Shown: positions 1-11,838, counted from the first letter of the whole stretch. The stretch is 63,973 bases of DNA, filler included, from Perkinsus chesapeaki ATCC PRA-425 (GCA_013115145.1; 6 parts of 6 records of this genome joined end to end with filler, not necessarily neighbours in it), one strand, 5' to 3'. Notes: generated by a model not told the origin, from the letters alone. A program made the numbers and translations.

Positions 1-1733
1 AACTAAAGCGCTCTCCTGCTTCTCACAACGACCTCAAGACACTTTTGACCTCTGACGGTTATAAAACAATGAATGTGGATTTCAATAACGAGATGGTCAA
101 TCTGAAGAGAGGCAAATGCTAACTTCGTAATGTTCGCAGTTATAGCAGGGTTAACGGTTCACCAAAAGCGAATTTCTTTTGGGCACTTTTAGCGATGTGG
201 AGGAGGCAAATGCTAGCACCCTCAAAGAAGGTATTTAAGTCATGGAGTCACTCGAATGACCCCCTTTTTTCTACGAATCGCGGCGAGTCGTGTTTTTATA
301 GTAAATAATCTATCCTAGATTTAAGCAACATGACAACGTTATTAAAAAAGAAAGTTGGCAATGGCGATGTGTTACATATAGGTCTCAGAGCTCAGCTTTG
401 AAAGCTCGGCGCAAGGTGCATTGCCGATGCCCACCCCAGCGGCATGCGGCATCGGCGAAAAGAAAACGCACTTGACAGTTGCGCATCATAGTGCATGTGT
501 GTAACTAGTGGTTCAGGTGCACTCGTGCGACGGGCCTTGATGGGTTCGTTAGGTTCGGTATTAGGATGCAGTTTTGCTGCCGATGAATGCAAAGTATGGA
601 AAATATCAGACTTGCAGGCAAGCTCATCTATGATAAATGAACCCGAAAGCTTTGTTGAAGATATATGGGACCACTGGGTTAGGAAGTTAGCTAAGAGGCT
701 ATTACACAATCATGATATTCTCATCGCATTGTGAGAAGCGCTCAACTCGAACAAGCGTAAAGTTTATATGCTGTCAGTTAACCATTAATCGTTAATATAT
801 GGCTTTGGTGCTCATGGACATAGCTGGCTGGTATAACCGGCCTTTCCGTTCTTCCTTGTAGCGAGTTGCTTCCCCTAGCCCAAGCTTCTTGCTATTCGGA
901 GTGCAGCTTATGCTATACGCAATTCTACTGTATATTACTGTACTAACTGTCTACTTTATATTAACACCGACCTACGGTAGCATCACGCTGTGTAACTCGC
1001 TTTTTACTGAAAGCTTTTCAGTAAAAACCGTAGAAAACCGAGGTTCTTTTCCCGGGGTTCGTAGCACGTAAGTTAGACATTCTAAGAATTACACCCATAA
1101 ATGAGCCAAGTTTAAGTGCACATGTGAATGGCCGCGTGTAGGGCCTACAGTGTAGGCTGACTATATGAAATCAATAAAGCAGGCTCCGATGTAGCAACCT
1201 TTTCAACAGAGTATTACATAAGTAGCTGGTGATTATTTCTATGCTACACAAAGTAGTGTTTGAAAGTTGGGAAACCAATCTCATATTGTAATAGCGGCGT
1301 TGTCACGTTGCTCAACCAACGATATCCACCATAAAAACACGACTTCACGGTAATATATACGAAAAAATGGGTCATTTTAGTGACTTAAACACCATCTCTT
1401 TAGGCTTCTAGTACGAGGCTACTACACATAGCTACTGATGAACCGTTAACCCTGGCATGAGTTAGACCATGGTTAAAATGCAGTCGTACTATATAACTGC
1501 GAACAATAACAAAAGTGAAGGCAGATAGGCAGACGGCATTACACTTACTTATCAACCAGTACGTATCTGCTTATCAGACTATGATATTATAATGCAGGCT
1601 ATATTTGTCTGTTCAATCAAGTAGACAAAAAATACAAATATTTCAACCAACTAGTCTAGAAGACCAGCGACTCGACTTGATATCAAAGATAAGCTCGGAA
1701 TCACGATAAAGGTTTTAAACGATTCCGGCGACA

Positions 1734-2177
1734 TCAGCATTTGCCTTTCTTCAGACTGACAATCTCGCTATAAAATTCCACTCGTATGACGCTATCGTCG
1801 TCATTCGGGAAAAATGTCCTGAATTCGTTCTGAATGGTAGAAGAGGACTTCAGCTGGCAACTATCATAGACATGCTCCCTATAGTCTCCAAGATCCTTCT
1901 CGCTGAAAGGCTCGACGGCAAATGGATAGTGTGGAACAAGCCAATCATAATCCAACTCAGGTGAACAAACCCGCAGACCTGTGCATTGAACCGTTAGCTC
2001 GACTTGCATCAATTTCCTGGTTGAACTATAATTGAAGACGACCTCTATGCACTGCTGCTTCCCATTGGTGTATCCCATATAAGTGCCGGTTTGACATTTT
2101 GTAGACCACATCATGGATAGCTGAACTACCACGCCCATAACCATCTTGTACTTGTTGAAAATTGTCTTGCGAGTCAT
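1734..2177 (-). CDS. Small single-exon secreted-type protein (147 aa) ending in Cys; lineage-specific family
   Basis: ATG-started ORF with a hydrophobic N-terminal segment (MVMGVVVQLSMMWSTKC) followed by GTYMG; beta-rich composition; ends ...IVSLKKGKC. Architecture resembles ORFs 21472-21915 and 49258-49650. Confidence 0.65.
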   Translation of the reverse strand: MTRKTIFNKYKMVMGVVVQLSMMWSTKCQTGTYMGYTNGKQQCIEVVFNYSSTRKLMQVELTVQCTGLRVCSPELDYDWLVPHYPFAVEPFSEKDLGDYREHVYDSCQLKSSSTIQNEFRTFFPNDDDSVIRVEFYSEIVSLKKGKC

Positions 2178-2748
2178 CAGAGATGAGTGACGAAAGCTGC
2201 GCCACGGAACGTAACGAAAGACGAAGAGAATAAGAAAGTTTCTCAGAGATACCTATCCGTACTTGGCCTTCAAATGCTTGCGTTCCACAGAAGCGCACGC
2301 GTGCATTGTTCAGGTGGCGCTAAGTCCGCCGCTGTGGTTCTGTCGACTCTGAATGTTTTAACGCAGGATAGCTTATGTAGCATAAGCTCTAGTAGAGCCG
2401 CTCTACGTATTATAATAACAAATGACTACATTTCATTGCGGGGCGAACAAGGAAGGGAGTCAATAGAATACTGTATAACTTCGGAGTGTAGCAAATCTGA
2501 CCTACGACACGGAGCGACTCCATTGCAGTTCATGGCGGCGATCGTTATGATTCATAAGTTATGAATGATGATTGAGTCAATCAGATTGACCATTGGTGAA
2601 GATGCACGATTGATAACTCTCCCACTTCTATCGAGCTCAATGGTGATGTGCCATATCATTGGCAATGATTCATTGCCACGCTTGCACAAGTCCACCGGCA
2701 GTGTTAAGAACGCTGTGTTATACCGAGTTCCCATAAGTGAACATACAC

Positions 2749-2779
2749 TCAGGTTCTATCCCTGGGTGGATGTTTTTTT
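2749..2779 (+). pseudogene. tRNA-like 3' fragment (T-arm + oligo-T)
   Basis: TCAGG TTCTATC CCTGG forms a fully paired 5-bp stem around a 7-nt T-loop-like sequence (one change from TTCGATC), then GTGGATG and T7. No 5' half seen. Confidence 0.35.
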
Positions 2780-3056
2780 CTGTATTCACTTAGCTGATAC
2801 AATTGACGCTAGTAGTTGAGCAACTCAATTTGAGTTGAGTTTTGACGCGAGTAGTAGTCTCCAAATTATTATGAAACAAGTACTTGCAGTTCCATATTTT
2901 ATAAGTTGTGCCACCAATGAGTAGCAAAGATGTAACCTCCCCTAAGGGAGTCATGGCACACCAGCCCTGCGTGAGCTCCCGAGTGGTCGGAGCAAGGTGC
3001 ATGGCTCAGCCATCATGGCTGCCGATATGATCCTTTTTGGCTTAATAACATCCGCT

Positions 3057-3078
3057 CGCTTCGGCGAAGCGGCTTCGC
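3057..3078. repeat. 22-nt zig-zag scar (putative hAT excision footprint; inferred TSD CGCTTCGC)
   Basis: C GCTTCG G CGAAGC G GCTTCG C, a perfect match to A-U-h'-U'-a'-U-H. Confidence 0.75.
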
Positions 3079-4074
3079 AGCCGTTTCAAGTAAACGCATC
3101 ATCGTATTGATACTTACCAACCCAGACAAAGAAACAGTATCCCGCCCCGTCAGAAGTAGGTATTGGCTAAACCCTGTTCAGTACCCAAGTATTATCGGAT
3201 TTCACGATCATTGAAGTCATATTTATCAAAACACGGCTCCGAAATACATGATGGAACGGGACAGCTCTCGGCTACAAAATATTTATCTTGCTATGATACA
3301 AGGATACATCCATCGAGTCTAAACAGTTGAGTGAGCTCAGCTCAGCAGTTAGTCTTCAATGACAACTCGTTTTTCCCTTAATAGTTGCAGTTGTCCGTCT
3401 TCAGTCCGTGCGGCAGTTAATCGATCTCCTCTCGCCACCTGCCCGCTAAACCTGTCCAGAGAATCATGGGATAAAAAACGTGACAGTTTACTCGGGGATC
3501 TCAATCCATCCCAGTTGTGAGTAACCCTTAAGCCAGAAAGTATCCTCCCAGATTGTCGGCCGAAATGCAGCTTGCCGCCCAGCAGGAATCTGAAGGCCGA
3601 ACAGACAATATTAATGAGTACCGAATCCGTAATGCAGATTGAGCGGCTCAATTTGAGCCGTTCCAGGAAAGGATAGCCTCACACTGCGGCCGGGATTCAG
3701 AGTGACTCGGGAGTTTCTGTATGAGGTAAGTCCATGTCTCACCTCCCGTTTGCCTTCGGATTCTTTCCCGGCACCTCCGATCGGTCGTACACAAACGACG
3801 TCAGTAGTTCGGTAAAGGTAGAATTTCAAAGTGGAATTAGTATCGTTCGTGATAACGATGGGGTGATATTTTCGAGCAACTTGTATCTGACACCACTAGC
3901 TGCGAATTACTCAACGTCACTTCCACGTCTTCAGTAAAAGAGGGTCAAGAAGAGGATAATGCGCCCAAGCTGTTGAGTGTTGCGCCAAACCTTCTAAATC
4001 TAAATTTTACGGCAACGCACGACCTTAAATGGACGTGCCGTGAGAGAGTATGAAGTCCGGCTTGGGCCTCCTCT

Positions 4075-4096
4075 GCAGAGGCCCTCTGCCAGAGGG
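4075..4096. repeat. 22-nt zig-zag scar (inferred TSD GCAGAGGG)
   Basis: G CAGAGG C CCTCTG C CAGAGG G, perfect. Confidence 0.75.
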
Positions 4097-4308
4097 TACA
4101 CTCGACCCGGGTCGTCACTTCATTCGAATATATCGGTCGAATTCGTTAGGGGTTCATCCAGCCTCCTCCAGCTGCCGGAAATCGGTCCTTATATGGAAAC
4201 ATAACATGCCCCAACGGTAATGACGATTATTTAATGTACTCCTCATCTGGTTTGCATTCCTCACAGGACCAGTGACGCTGGTTGAATATGGCTCAAAGAC
4301 AGCCTTAC

Positions 4309-4412
4309 TCGGGCAAGTTCATCACACTTCTGCTTGAGTTCTGCTGCTTGGTCTTGGGAGCCATTAACCAGATAGTGCCCAGCAAGCCCAAGGGCTCCAA
4401 GTGCTATCCCAC
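4309..4412 (-). CDS. Probable internal exon of an unidentified multi-exon gene
   Basis: Bounded by CTTCAG| and |GTAAGG; open frame GIALGALGLAGHYLVNGSQDQAAELKQKCDELAR. Other exons not resolved. Confidence 0.3.
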
Positions 4413-4941
4413 CTGAAGCACGAACATATCCTGAAGGCCTCGGCTCGAACTAGGCACGTCGTTGGTAGTAATAGGGAAATGAAATGCCCTCAGGAGGATT
4501 GTATTTGATGGATGCGCATAGTACATTAGGAAAGGGAAGGTTTCTATTGCGGAAATTCCTATTATAATTTGCTTAGAGTGAGGCTGCTCATAGAAAAGCC
4601 ATAAGCGGTAAGTCCTACTATCCAATTGAGATACCAAGTGAGATATATCCATGATTGATACATCACACGTTTTGACGTATCAATCATACGTATATGGTTG
4701 ATACATCGTTGATTAGGAACCTTCTATCATACGCTTCCATAGCATATAATACCCTAAAAAAGTTTGTTGTCATTGAATGACGTACAGTGCTTCCCTAAGG
4801 AAGGGCGATTCCCTGGTCATAAAATCCCATCGAACACGGGAGTGCGGGAGGAATACTCAAACCCGAACCCCGAACACACTCCAAAAGTTGAGCGGGAAGA
4901 GGTTTCGGTTTGGGTATCCATGTCAAAGCAGCAAGTGACCC

Positions 4942-5041
4942 NNNNNNNNNNNNNNNNNNNNNNNNNNNNNNNNNNNNNNNNNNNNTTAATTAATTAANNN
5001 NNNNNNNNNNNNNNNNNNNNNNNNNNNNNNNNNNNNNNNNN
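4942..5041. other. Artificial contig-joining spacer
   Basis: 44 N + TTAATTAATTAA (stops in all six frames) + 44 N. Confidence 0.97.
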
Positions 5042-5579
5042 TTAGAGGGTAAGTCGCCGATGGTGGTACCACTCCCTAAAAGCTATAGCAAGAGCGATGG
5101 TCTCTTCTACAAAGATTGCCCCCTGATTATTACCGTACCTGGGCCATTTGCTTGTCGACATCTCTCCCTAGAAGAGAACCGCATGCTCAATGAAAGATTT
5201 GTATGGATTTCTCTCAATAATCCGATACCCTTGTCGCGGAGGGTAGATCTACCAGCTTGCGGCACTTGTTTCGGGAGATTTATATTATCTTACACTCAAT
5301 AATCATTTTTTACTAGCTATTAATCGATTAGTTTAGCGGCGCGTAGCTCATGATAATCTTTTTGTCTTTCTCATGAACCATTATTGTTGTGTTGATATAT
5401 TTGTCGTACATTGGCCATCTCAGAGATTTCCCGATCCAATGCCATCGTCAAAGGCTGTCCTTAGCGAACCGCGCCGGAATGGAAATGCAGGCGAACGCAA
5501 AAGTAACACCAGGAAGTCTCGTGTCGCATGCAAGACGTCATCGTCTTCCCCCTGACCCCCTGGCCAATGTTGAACATAC

Positions 5580-7295
5580 ATGATAGAAACATTACATTCT
5601 TCACATGTTTTGCAACATTGGTCAGGGGGTAAGGGGGGAGAATCCGGTGAGTCATCTATTATAATTTTAACTGGTGTCTTGTACAAATTGTTTGATTCTG
5701 ATGAGAGCTGTCGATTGCGGCTCGTTCTGCCATCTTCAAACCGCTCGCCTGTTTGTAAGCAAGTGGCGTGGTACTTCCAGTGCAGTTCTGGTCATGTTAA
5801 CCTTGAAGACACTATTCGCCGTTTACGGCGTCATTTCTGGTGGCCGAGGTTGCGCAGAGATACAACGGTTATTTATTCTGGATGTTTACATTGTCAGTTA
5901 ACCAAGCAACCTCAATTGTCGAAGTCTGTAGGTTCACACCTTTGCCCTACTGAGATATTCAGTACTGTGGGTGTAGACCTATTTGGTCCTCTGAACGAAA
6001 GCAAAGGAGGGTTTAGATGGATATTGACATGTGTTGATCTGTTGAGTCGGTATACTGTTCTGATCCCTTTAGCCACTATAACTGCTGCTGTAGTATCTGC
6101 TGCAATAGAGCGAAATATTATCTTGACCTTCCGTGCGCCAGAGTGCATTGTTTCAGACCAAGGAGCACAATTTGTGCGATCTGTTCTACTTGATGGTCTA
6201 TGCCTCTTCTATAAGATTAAACATGTGAGTTTACCCCTCAGACATCCAGCAAGTGGAGGGTTTTACGAAAGGCAGAATCGCACACTAGGCTCTACACTTA
6301 GATCACTACTCTCTGAGCACAAAGGTCTAGATTGGTATGATGTATTAGCTCTTGGTCAGCTTCGTATTAATACTACAGTACACCCTGATTTGGGAATCTC
6401 TCCCCATGAAGTTGTGTATGGTATACCTCACTCATTCCCTCTTGTGTCATTCCTCTGTCCGTCTGATGATCTCTCCGAGAAAGATATTGAAGAATTTGTA
6501 TGCTTTCAAAATCGTTACAGGAGAGATGCGGTTCTTGATGTCTATGCAGCTTCGAAGAAGAAACGAAGCCGTCAGCTACGTGCTTGGATTGATGAATGGA
6601 CTCGATCTAGAGCCAAATATCAAAAATGGGATGCTAAGTCAACATCAACGACCTCCTCTGAGCCCTTGTTGGATGTAGGCTGTAGAGTGCTGGTCCTAAA
6701 GTCTCCAAGTCATAAGCTAGATGGTAAATGGTCTCATGGTGTTATTAAAAAACATGTTGGTCGAGCTTGTTATGAAATACAGCTGGATGACTCTCAACCA
6801 ACTCAAATATACCATAAAGACCATGTCAAGCGATTTGTGCCCGCGGATCCAGATATTACTACTATTCAAGGCAGTCATTATTTCTCTTCAAAAAGGTCAA
6901 GGACGTTTGATGATGCTATTTACGATCCTCAACCGAAAAAGTTGAAATCTGATGTGGAACCTTTAGGTTCTCGAGGTTTGCATCCTTTTGATATGCACAC
7001 CTTAGTCGGTTGGAGGTCCCCTGGTTCTATTCCAAGAATTGGCTTAGTCCTAGGCAGAGATGTCAATAATCAGGTCATTATTCATGAGCATCGGATTTCT
7101 GATGATGCTGCTGTCCCACTATGGCTGGACGATGATGGTGTTGTTAAGGCAGGAGGCATTCCCTCAACTAAGCCAGTCATAGTTGCTGTGGAGCCTAAAC
7201 TACTTGTTAGGCTGACTACAACAGATGGTCTAAATTTCACCCCTCGAGCCAAGAAGAAGCTGACTGAGATGGGACTTCCATCTGAGGAAGGATGA
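5580..7295 (+). mobile_element. Ty3/gypsy LTR-retrotransposon pol, integrase portion with a long C-terminal extension
   Basis: Zinc-binding GH...FWWPRL...CLHC; catalytic VGVDLFGP, IVSDQGAQF and GGFYERQN (D-D-36-E); SH3/GPY-like KLDGKWSHGVI..YEIQL. ORF intact over 571 aa. Confidence 0.92.
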
Positions 7296-7497
7296 TGTTA
7301 GTTTTGTGTCTGACTTAGTTTATTTGTTGATATGCTTGTGCGCCCTTGTAGTTGTACGCATGCGCATAGCTAAGTCGGTGCAAATGGCTCCCTGTGGGGT
7401 TAAGCTCTGCTTTCATTTATCTCTAACTTGAGTTACACCAGTGCGACTCCTCTTCCCCTCTCACTACTAGTCCCTTAACTGCTTATCAAACCCAACA
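7284..7497 (+). repeat. Polypurine tract and probable 3' LTR
   Basis: GAGGAAGGA (7284-7292) overlaps the pol stop and is followed by TGTTAG at 7296. A possible ...CCCAACA end at 7497 gives TGTT/AACA termini. No second LTR is available to confirm the end. Confidence 0.5.
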
Positions 7498-7746
7498 GTG
7501 ATCCTTGTGCCGCTAACTTTCTCGGACGGGTTTTTATACACTGCCCGCAAGCTGTAACCAGCCTCGCTACCATGCGCCGCATTGAAGGCTAGTAGTAGTT
7601 CTTGACCAACTCGTTGTAGGTAGCGTTTACACCATGGTGACTTTTGCCATGAATCGACTTGATGATAAGGCGCTGAAGCGCATGTTCTCTAGGTGGGACC
7701 ACATACTGTGAGTGTACCATACCGTTAGTGTCTTGTCGACACTTGC

Positions 7747-7846
7747 NNNNNNNNNNNNNNNNNNNNNNNNNNNNNNNNNNNNNNNNNNNNTTAATTAATT
7801 AANNNNNNNNNNNNNNNNNNNNNNNNNNNNNNNNNNNNNNNNNNNN
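7747..7846. other. Artificial contig-joining spacer
   Basis: 44 N + TTAATTAATTAA + 44 N. Confidence 0.97.
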
Positions 7847-7973
7847 TTTTAACTGTGTATAGAGCGCACTACAAATTTCGTTTCGGTCTAAGGTCAGCAA
7901 AGGAGGAAATAATAGAGTACATAATACGGCCGCCGTGTTCTACGGCTACCAGACCACCTCGTCCAGGTCACCC

Positions 7974-7995
7974 CTAGCAAGTTGCTAGTAGCAAC
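7974..7995. repeat. 22-nt zig-zag scar (inferred TSD CTAGCAAC)
   Basis: C TAGCAA G TTGCTA G TAGCAA C, perfect. Confidence 0.75.
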
Positions 7996-8049
7996 TCCTG
8001 AAGCGAAAATAGTTATGCTATATGGGAAGTAATATTTTATGAAATACTG

Positions 8050-8126
8050 TGAATCCTGGCTAAGCCAGGATTCATCTGGCAGGCCATTGGCCTCAGGCCA
8101 AGCCTTGGCCTGAGGCCAATGGCCTC
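8050..8126. repeat. Cluster of odd-centred palindromes (arms 12 and 22 bp) containing a zig-zag scar at 8105-8126
   Basis: TGAATCCTGGCT A AGCCAGGATTCA (8050-8074); AGGCCATTGGCCTCAGGCCAAG C CTTGGCCTGAGGCCAATGGCCT (8081-8125); T TGGCCT G AGGCCA A TGGCCT C (8105-8126). Confidence 0.85.
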
Positions 8127-8133
8127 GTCCTAG

Positions 8134-9117
8134 ATGAGTCGAGGACTCAGAGTTATGTACTCAGGTCCGCATGATTTTGCCATCGATACCAAAAAGACAA
8201 CTCTAGAATACTGGAAACCGTTCGATCACTCAGAACCATTCGTAAGCTGCATAGTCGCTTTCTGTGAGAGCCCGTGCTCTAGCGCCACAATCGAACGAAT
8301 GTTTTCTCGGGCACGATTGGTTTCCAGGTGAGTCGCTAAATATTGTGTAAGTTACATCATGTAACTTACACGCACTGCGTGTCATTCTGGTACATGCTTT
8401 GCTTCTTCTCGGGTGTAATATGAGACCTGATACAATTTTTAAGAAAATGGCAATTGCGTGGGATTCGAAACAAAGAATGCTTCATAAGGAGCCTGCTCGG
8501 AAAGTAAGCCGAAGTACCCCCCTCTTTCCTGGTTTCCAATCGTTATCTTTGTCCTGCCTCAGGTGCATCAAGACCCCGTTGTTCTGGATACAGACAGTGG
8601 TGAAGATCAGCCTTCTCGTGCTTAATCGGTGGAGCGGGAGACCCGAGGACCCCACCTTCTCGACACCATTGCCTCCCTGCGAGCTCTCGAGACAAGCAAA
8701 TCCACGGCTCAGCGAGCCAGAGCAAAAAGCAAGCGACAAACGCTGGGCAGTCGGCCAGATGAAAAGACGGTGAAAAAATCATCTAAGAAGCCTTCTAAGC
8801 ACCGGCATAAAAGGCCCTCGACCCTGAGAGGCATAACTGATGATTTTCTGAGAAGTGGTGGTGATATGGGTATAGCATGTCTTCACATGCCACCTGGCGA
8901 AGCACTCTCCTATGAGTGTATCATATATGTAGAGGCTAACTCGGCTGAAGGAGGTGCTGCCAATGGCAAAAGACAGCGATCTAGCAAAGGGAGTTCATCA
9001 GTTCAATATATCCTTTTCTATCCAGAGTCACAAGAGCGAAGCGATGCCAGTTATGATCTTGATGCCATTCGCGGGAAGTTCTGCACTGGGGAACTCGACT
9101 TTCCCGACGAAGAGTAG
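8134..9117 (+). pseudogene. 3' part of an intron-containing hAT-transposase-derived gene (hAT C-terminal dimerisation domain + basic tail)
   Basis: TTLEYWK...ESPCSSATIERMFSRAR matches the hAT W..PxSSAxxERxFS motif. After a GTGAGT donor (8328) it resumes as CNMRPDTIFKKMAIAWDSK; that acceptor reads CGG, not CAG. The downstream frames are K/R-rich. Confidence 0.7.
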
Positions 9118-9284
9118 CAGTGTTACCCTTCTTGCTACTATAGGACAGCGTCTTGACTCTCATGTCTGATTCAATAATGAACTGCACACTCAATACTGTT
9201 TCAACATACTCTTCGTAGGAACAATTTTGTTTGCTAACGTTCGTGCGTTTGACGTATCTCTGACAGTTGACTTCAGCCTTCCAT

Positions 9285-11466
9285 ATGACAAAAACTCCAT
9301 CAGCCTCCAGCAAGCCCACTAAGGAAGCTCCGGCTGACTTCGACTTTGAAGCTCATTTTGTTAACGGGCCAGGCGTCGATCCGAAAGATAAATCGGCCAC
9401 CAGAGTAGTAACATGTGTTCACTGTCGTAAAAGTCGCCGATGAAATGCGACTCGAGACAAAGCGCACATCTGGTTTGATCATCGAGAGATTTTAACTGGC
9501 CTGGGAGTTGTACCTGTCAAGAATAGCACGCCCGGGCGTCGGAGAAGCCTTAGCCGGAAAAGTACTAGCCCACGGCGCTCCCCGAACTCCTTCAAGGATA
9601 TGCCGATGAGTAACCCTCTACGTGGTTCTTTAGCTGCCGGCAAACGTTCTGTGGAGCGAAGCACTAACAAGAAATCAAAACAGAAAACGAGCCCATGTCT
9701 CGTTGATTTATCCACAGCTGGAACTCCGGCGCCGAGTCGACATTCGAGCTCTCCCATTCGCGGGTCGAAGGCTTCTACTTCCTCAGTATGGTCCCCTGGA
9801 CTAACAAAGTCTCAGATATCTAAATTCTGGCTCATGCTCGTGGAAGGGTGCTTTGTCAACGATTTTCCAGTAGATCGGTTCCTCAAGGACGAGAACATAA
9901 CGCTGGCGCTAGATAGGTTGCGTCCTGGTTATGCAAAGTCATCTGCGAATATCTGCTTGGATGTGAGTCATATGGAGCAAAGTATAGTACAAGAAGCACT
10001 GGCTCGTGCAGTTCATACGATATCGAGTAAAGTGTCACGGCAACCACTTGCAGTGCTGGCCATACAAGTACACGAATCGGAGGCTCGGATGGGTCCGTGC
10101 GCGATCACCGCGTGTGCTTGTATATGGCAAGGATCGAAAGACAGAGCGGGAGAGGCTTGTACAGTACCACTGCGTGGGACTATGCTACCTGAGCACCTAT
10201 CCACGATGTCTACAGCGTCTTCTGGTCCGCGATTGGTACACTCCTCCGATATGGGTAAGCTTATATTCGAATTCGTTGAAAAAGACTGCACCGATCTGCT
10301 CAAAGAATGTGATACCCATTTTGTAAAGACTACATGAGACTTCTTCTATCAGGTGGAGCCACGGTCGTGGGAGTTGCTACTGACAACCAGATTCTCGCGG
10401 ATGCCTTTGCCAGCAGATCCCCATCCCAGCTAATCGTCATGTCTTTCTCTGATACTCTCAAGGGTGCTCTTGAGGCTTGCTTACGCGCTGACGATGCCTT
10501 CAAGCCTACTATAGAGGTTGTAAAAGAACTTCTAGAACTCTTGGAGGCATACAAAGCCGATACACGGTGTCCGGCTCTTCCATCACTGGCAGCAAACTGG
10601 ACTTCAAAACTGGAGTTTGTAATCGAAAACTGGAGGTCGATCAAAAACTACTTATCCGATATGGGAGAGCAGGAAAATTGGAGGAGGTACGCTGCGCACT
10701 GTACACAAGAAATTTCAACTCGACTTTTAGTATGAAAGCAGGCCTCAGAATGATTCACTCGAATGTATCACAAGCCTTCCTGCCCCCCGAAGCACAACAG
10801 GGCTTCCAGACAGTTGTTGAAAAACTGCGCTCCGTAGAAACTCTTATACAGAAGCTGAACGATCCCAGTACCAGTTTGTTTCGAGGGATTTGCCTGATTG
10901 GCGACTTCCTGGAAAACGAATTGGTTCTACCAGAGATCGAAAGAGCGTAAGAAAGTTACTGCGTACCTATTACTGGACCCCACCTCTTTAGGAGTATTTT
11001 TATATTGAACTACTTTGGTTGGTTAAGGAGGTTTGATCCGCCGGCTTATCAGGATACGGATGAGTGGATTCGCGAGAATGCCAGCGGAATTGCAACGGAT
11101 ATCCAGAGATTCAACGATCGTAGGGTGGCGGATGGCATTCCGGCTGTCCCGCTTGATGCGGGCGCATCAACACTAGTCGACTACTTCAATCGCGACGGTA
11201 AGTAGGAAACTTAGATTAATCCCTGAGGTCACTAGTAATGACTCACTACGACTCCCAGACTGGGAGTCCCAGTCAACTAGATCGATCTTGTATTGTTATC
11301 TTGATTAGGTGAGCATGCTGATATTAGCGTTCCTCTGATGAAGAAAATGACAGCTTTTCAATACTGGAGACAGAAGCATAGCAGCGACGCGTTCGCCAAA
11401 TATATTTTCTGGTCCACAATATGCCCGTGCAATGTTGATGAAGCGAGGCATATTTTCCGAGGGTAA
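9285..11466 (+). pseudogene. BED-finger hAT-transposase-derived gene, disrupted and apparently catalytically dead
   Basis: ATG 9285 runs in frame into ORF 9600-10337 through one TGA (9441) in BED finger CVHC..RR*NATR..AH...H. Then come LDRLRPGYAKSS (hAT DNA-binding region), VGVATDN (second catalytic Asp) and a final exon MTAFQYWRQ..ICPCNVDEARHIF homologous to the dimerisation domain of the upstream copy. There are frameshift or intron junctions near 10330 and 10700. Confidence 0.7.
11252..11273. repeat. 22-nt zig-zag scar (inferred TSD CTCCCAGT)
   Basis: C TCCCAG A CTGGGA G TCCCAG T, perfect. Confidence 0.75.
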
Positions 11467-11700
11467 CGAAGCAGATGGAAATTCAATGAATTTCCTGAAT
11501 TCAAATCACCTTCAGGTCAGTGGATTTATTAAACTCTTTCCTCAGTCCCGTCACACCTGAAAAAACATTTTGCCGAGGCCTCATTAGATGGAAGCTTGAT
11601 AGTAAATGACTTATTTAAAATAAGGTCTTTCGACTTCAACAGTTGGGTGTTGTGTTCTTTGCATCAGAAGCTAGTCCACATTGCATTAGGCAGGTACACA

Positions 11701-11838
11701 AGATTTCACGAAATTTCGTGAAATTTCGTGAAAGTTCACTTGAAATTTCAACGATTTCATCGGCCTCATGAAATTTCTGAAATTTCATGAAATTTCAGAA
11801 GTGAAATTTCACGTGAAATTTCAAAGCGGCACACCCTA
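11701..11838. mobile_element. Probable DNA-transposon end: array of TGAAATTTCA-type subterminal repeats ending in a hAT-like TIR
   Basis: About ten variants of (T)GAAATTTC(A) in both orientations, ending GCGGCACACCCTA. Its reverse complement TAGGGTGTGCC resembles the TAGGG/CAGGG termini of hAT elements. No matching opposite end found. Confidence 0.5.

Noticed and set aside
3000-3021. Spliced-leader RNA (CCGTAGCCATYTTGGCTCAAG-like) suggested by AGCCAT/ATGGCT
   Set aside because: Only a 6-mer is shared and it is explained by a zig-zag scar; I saw no full leader sequence in the window.
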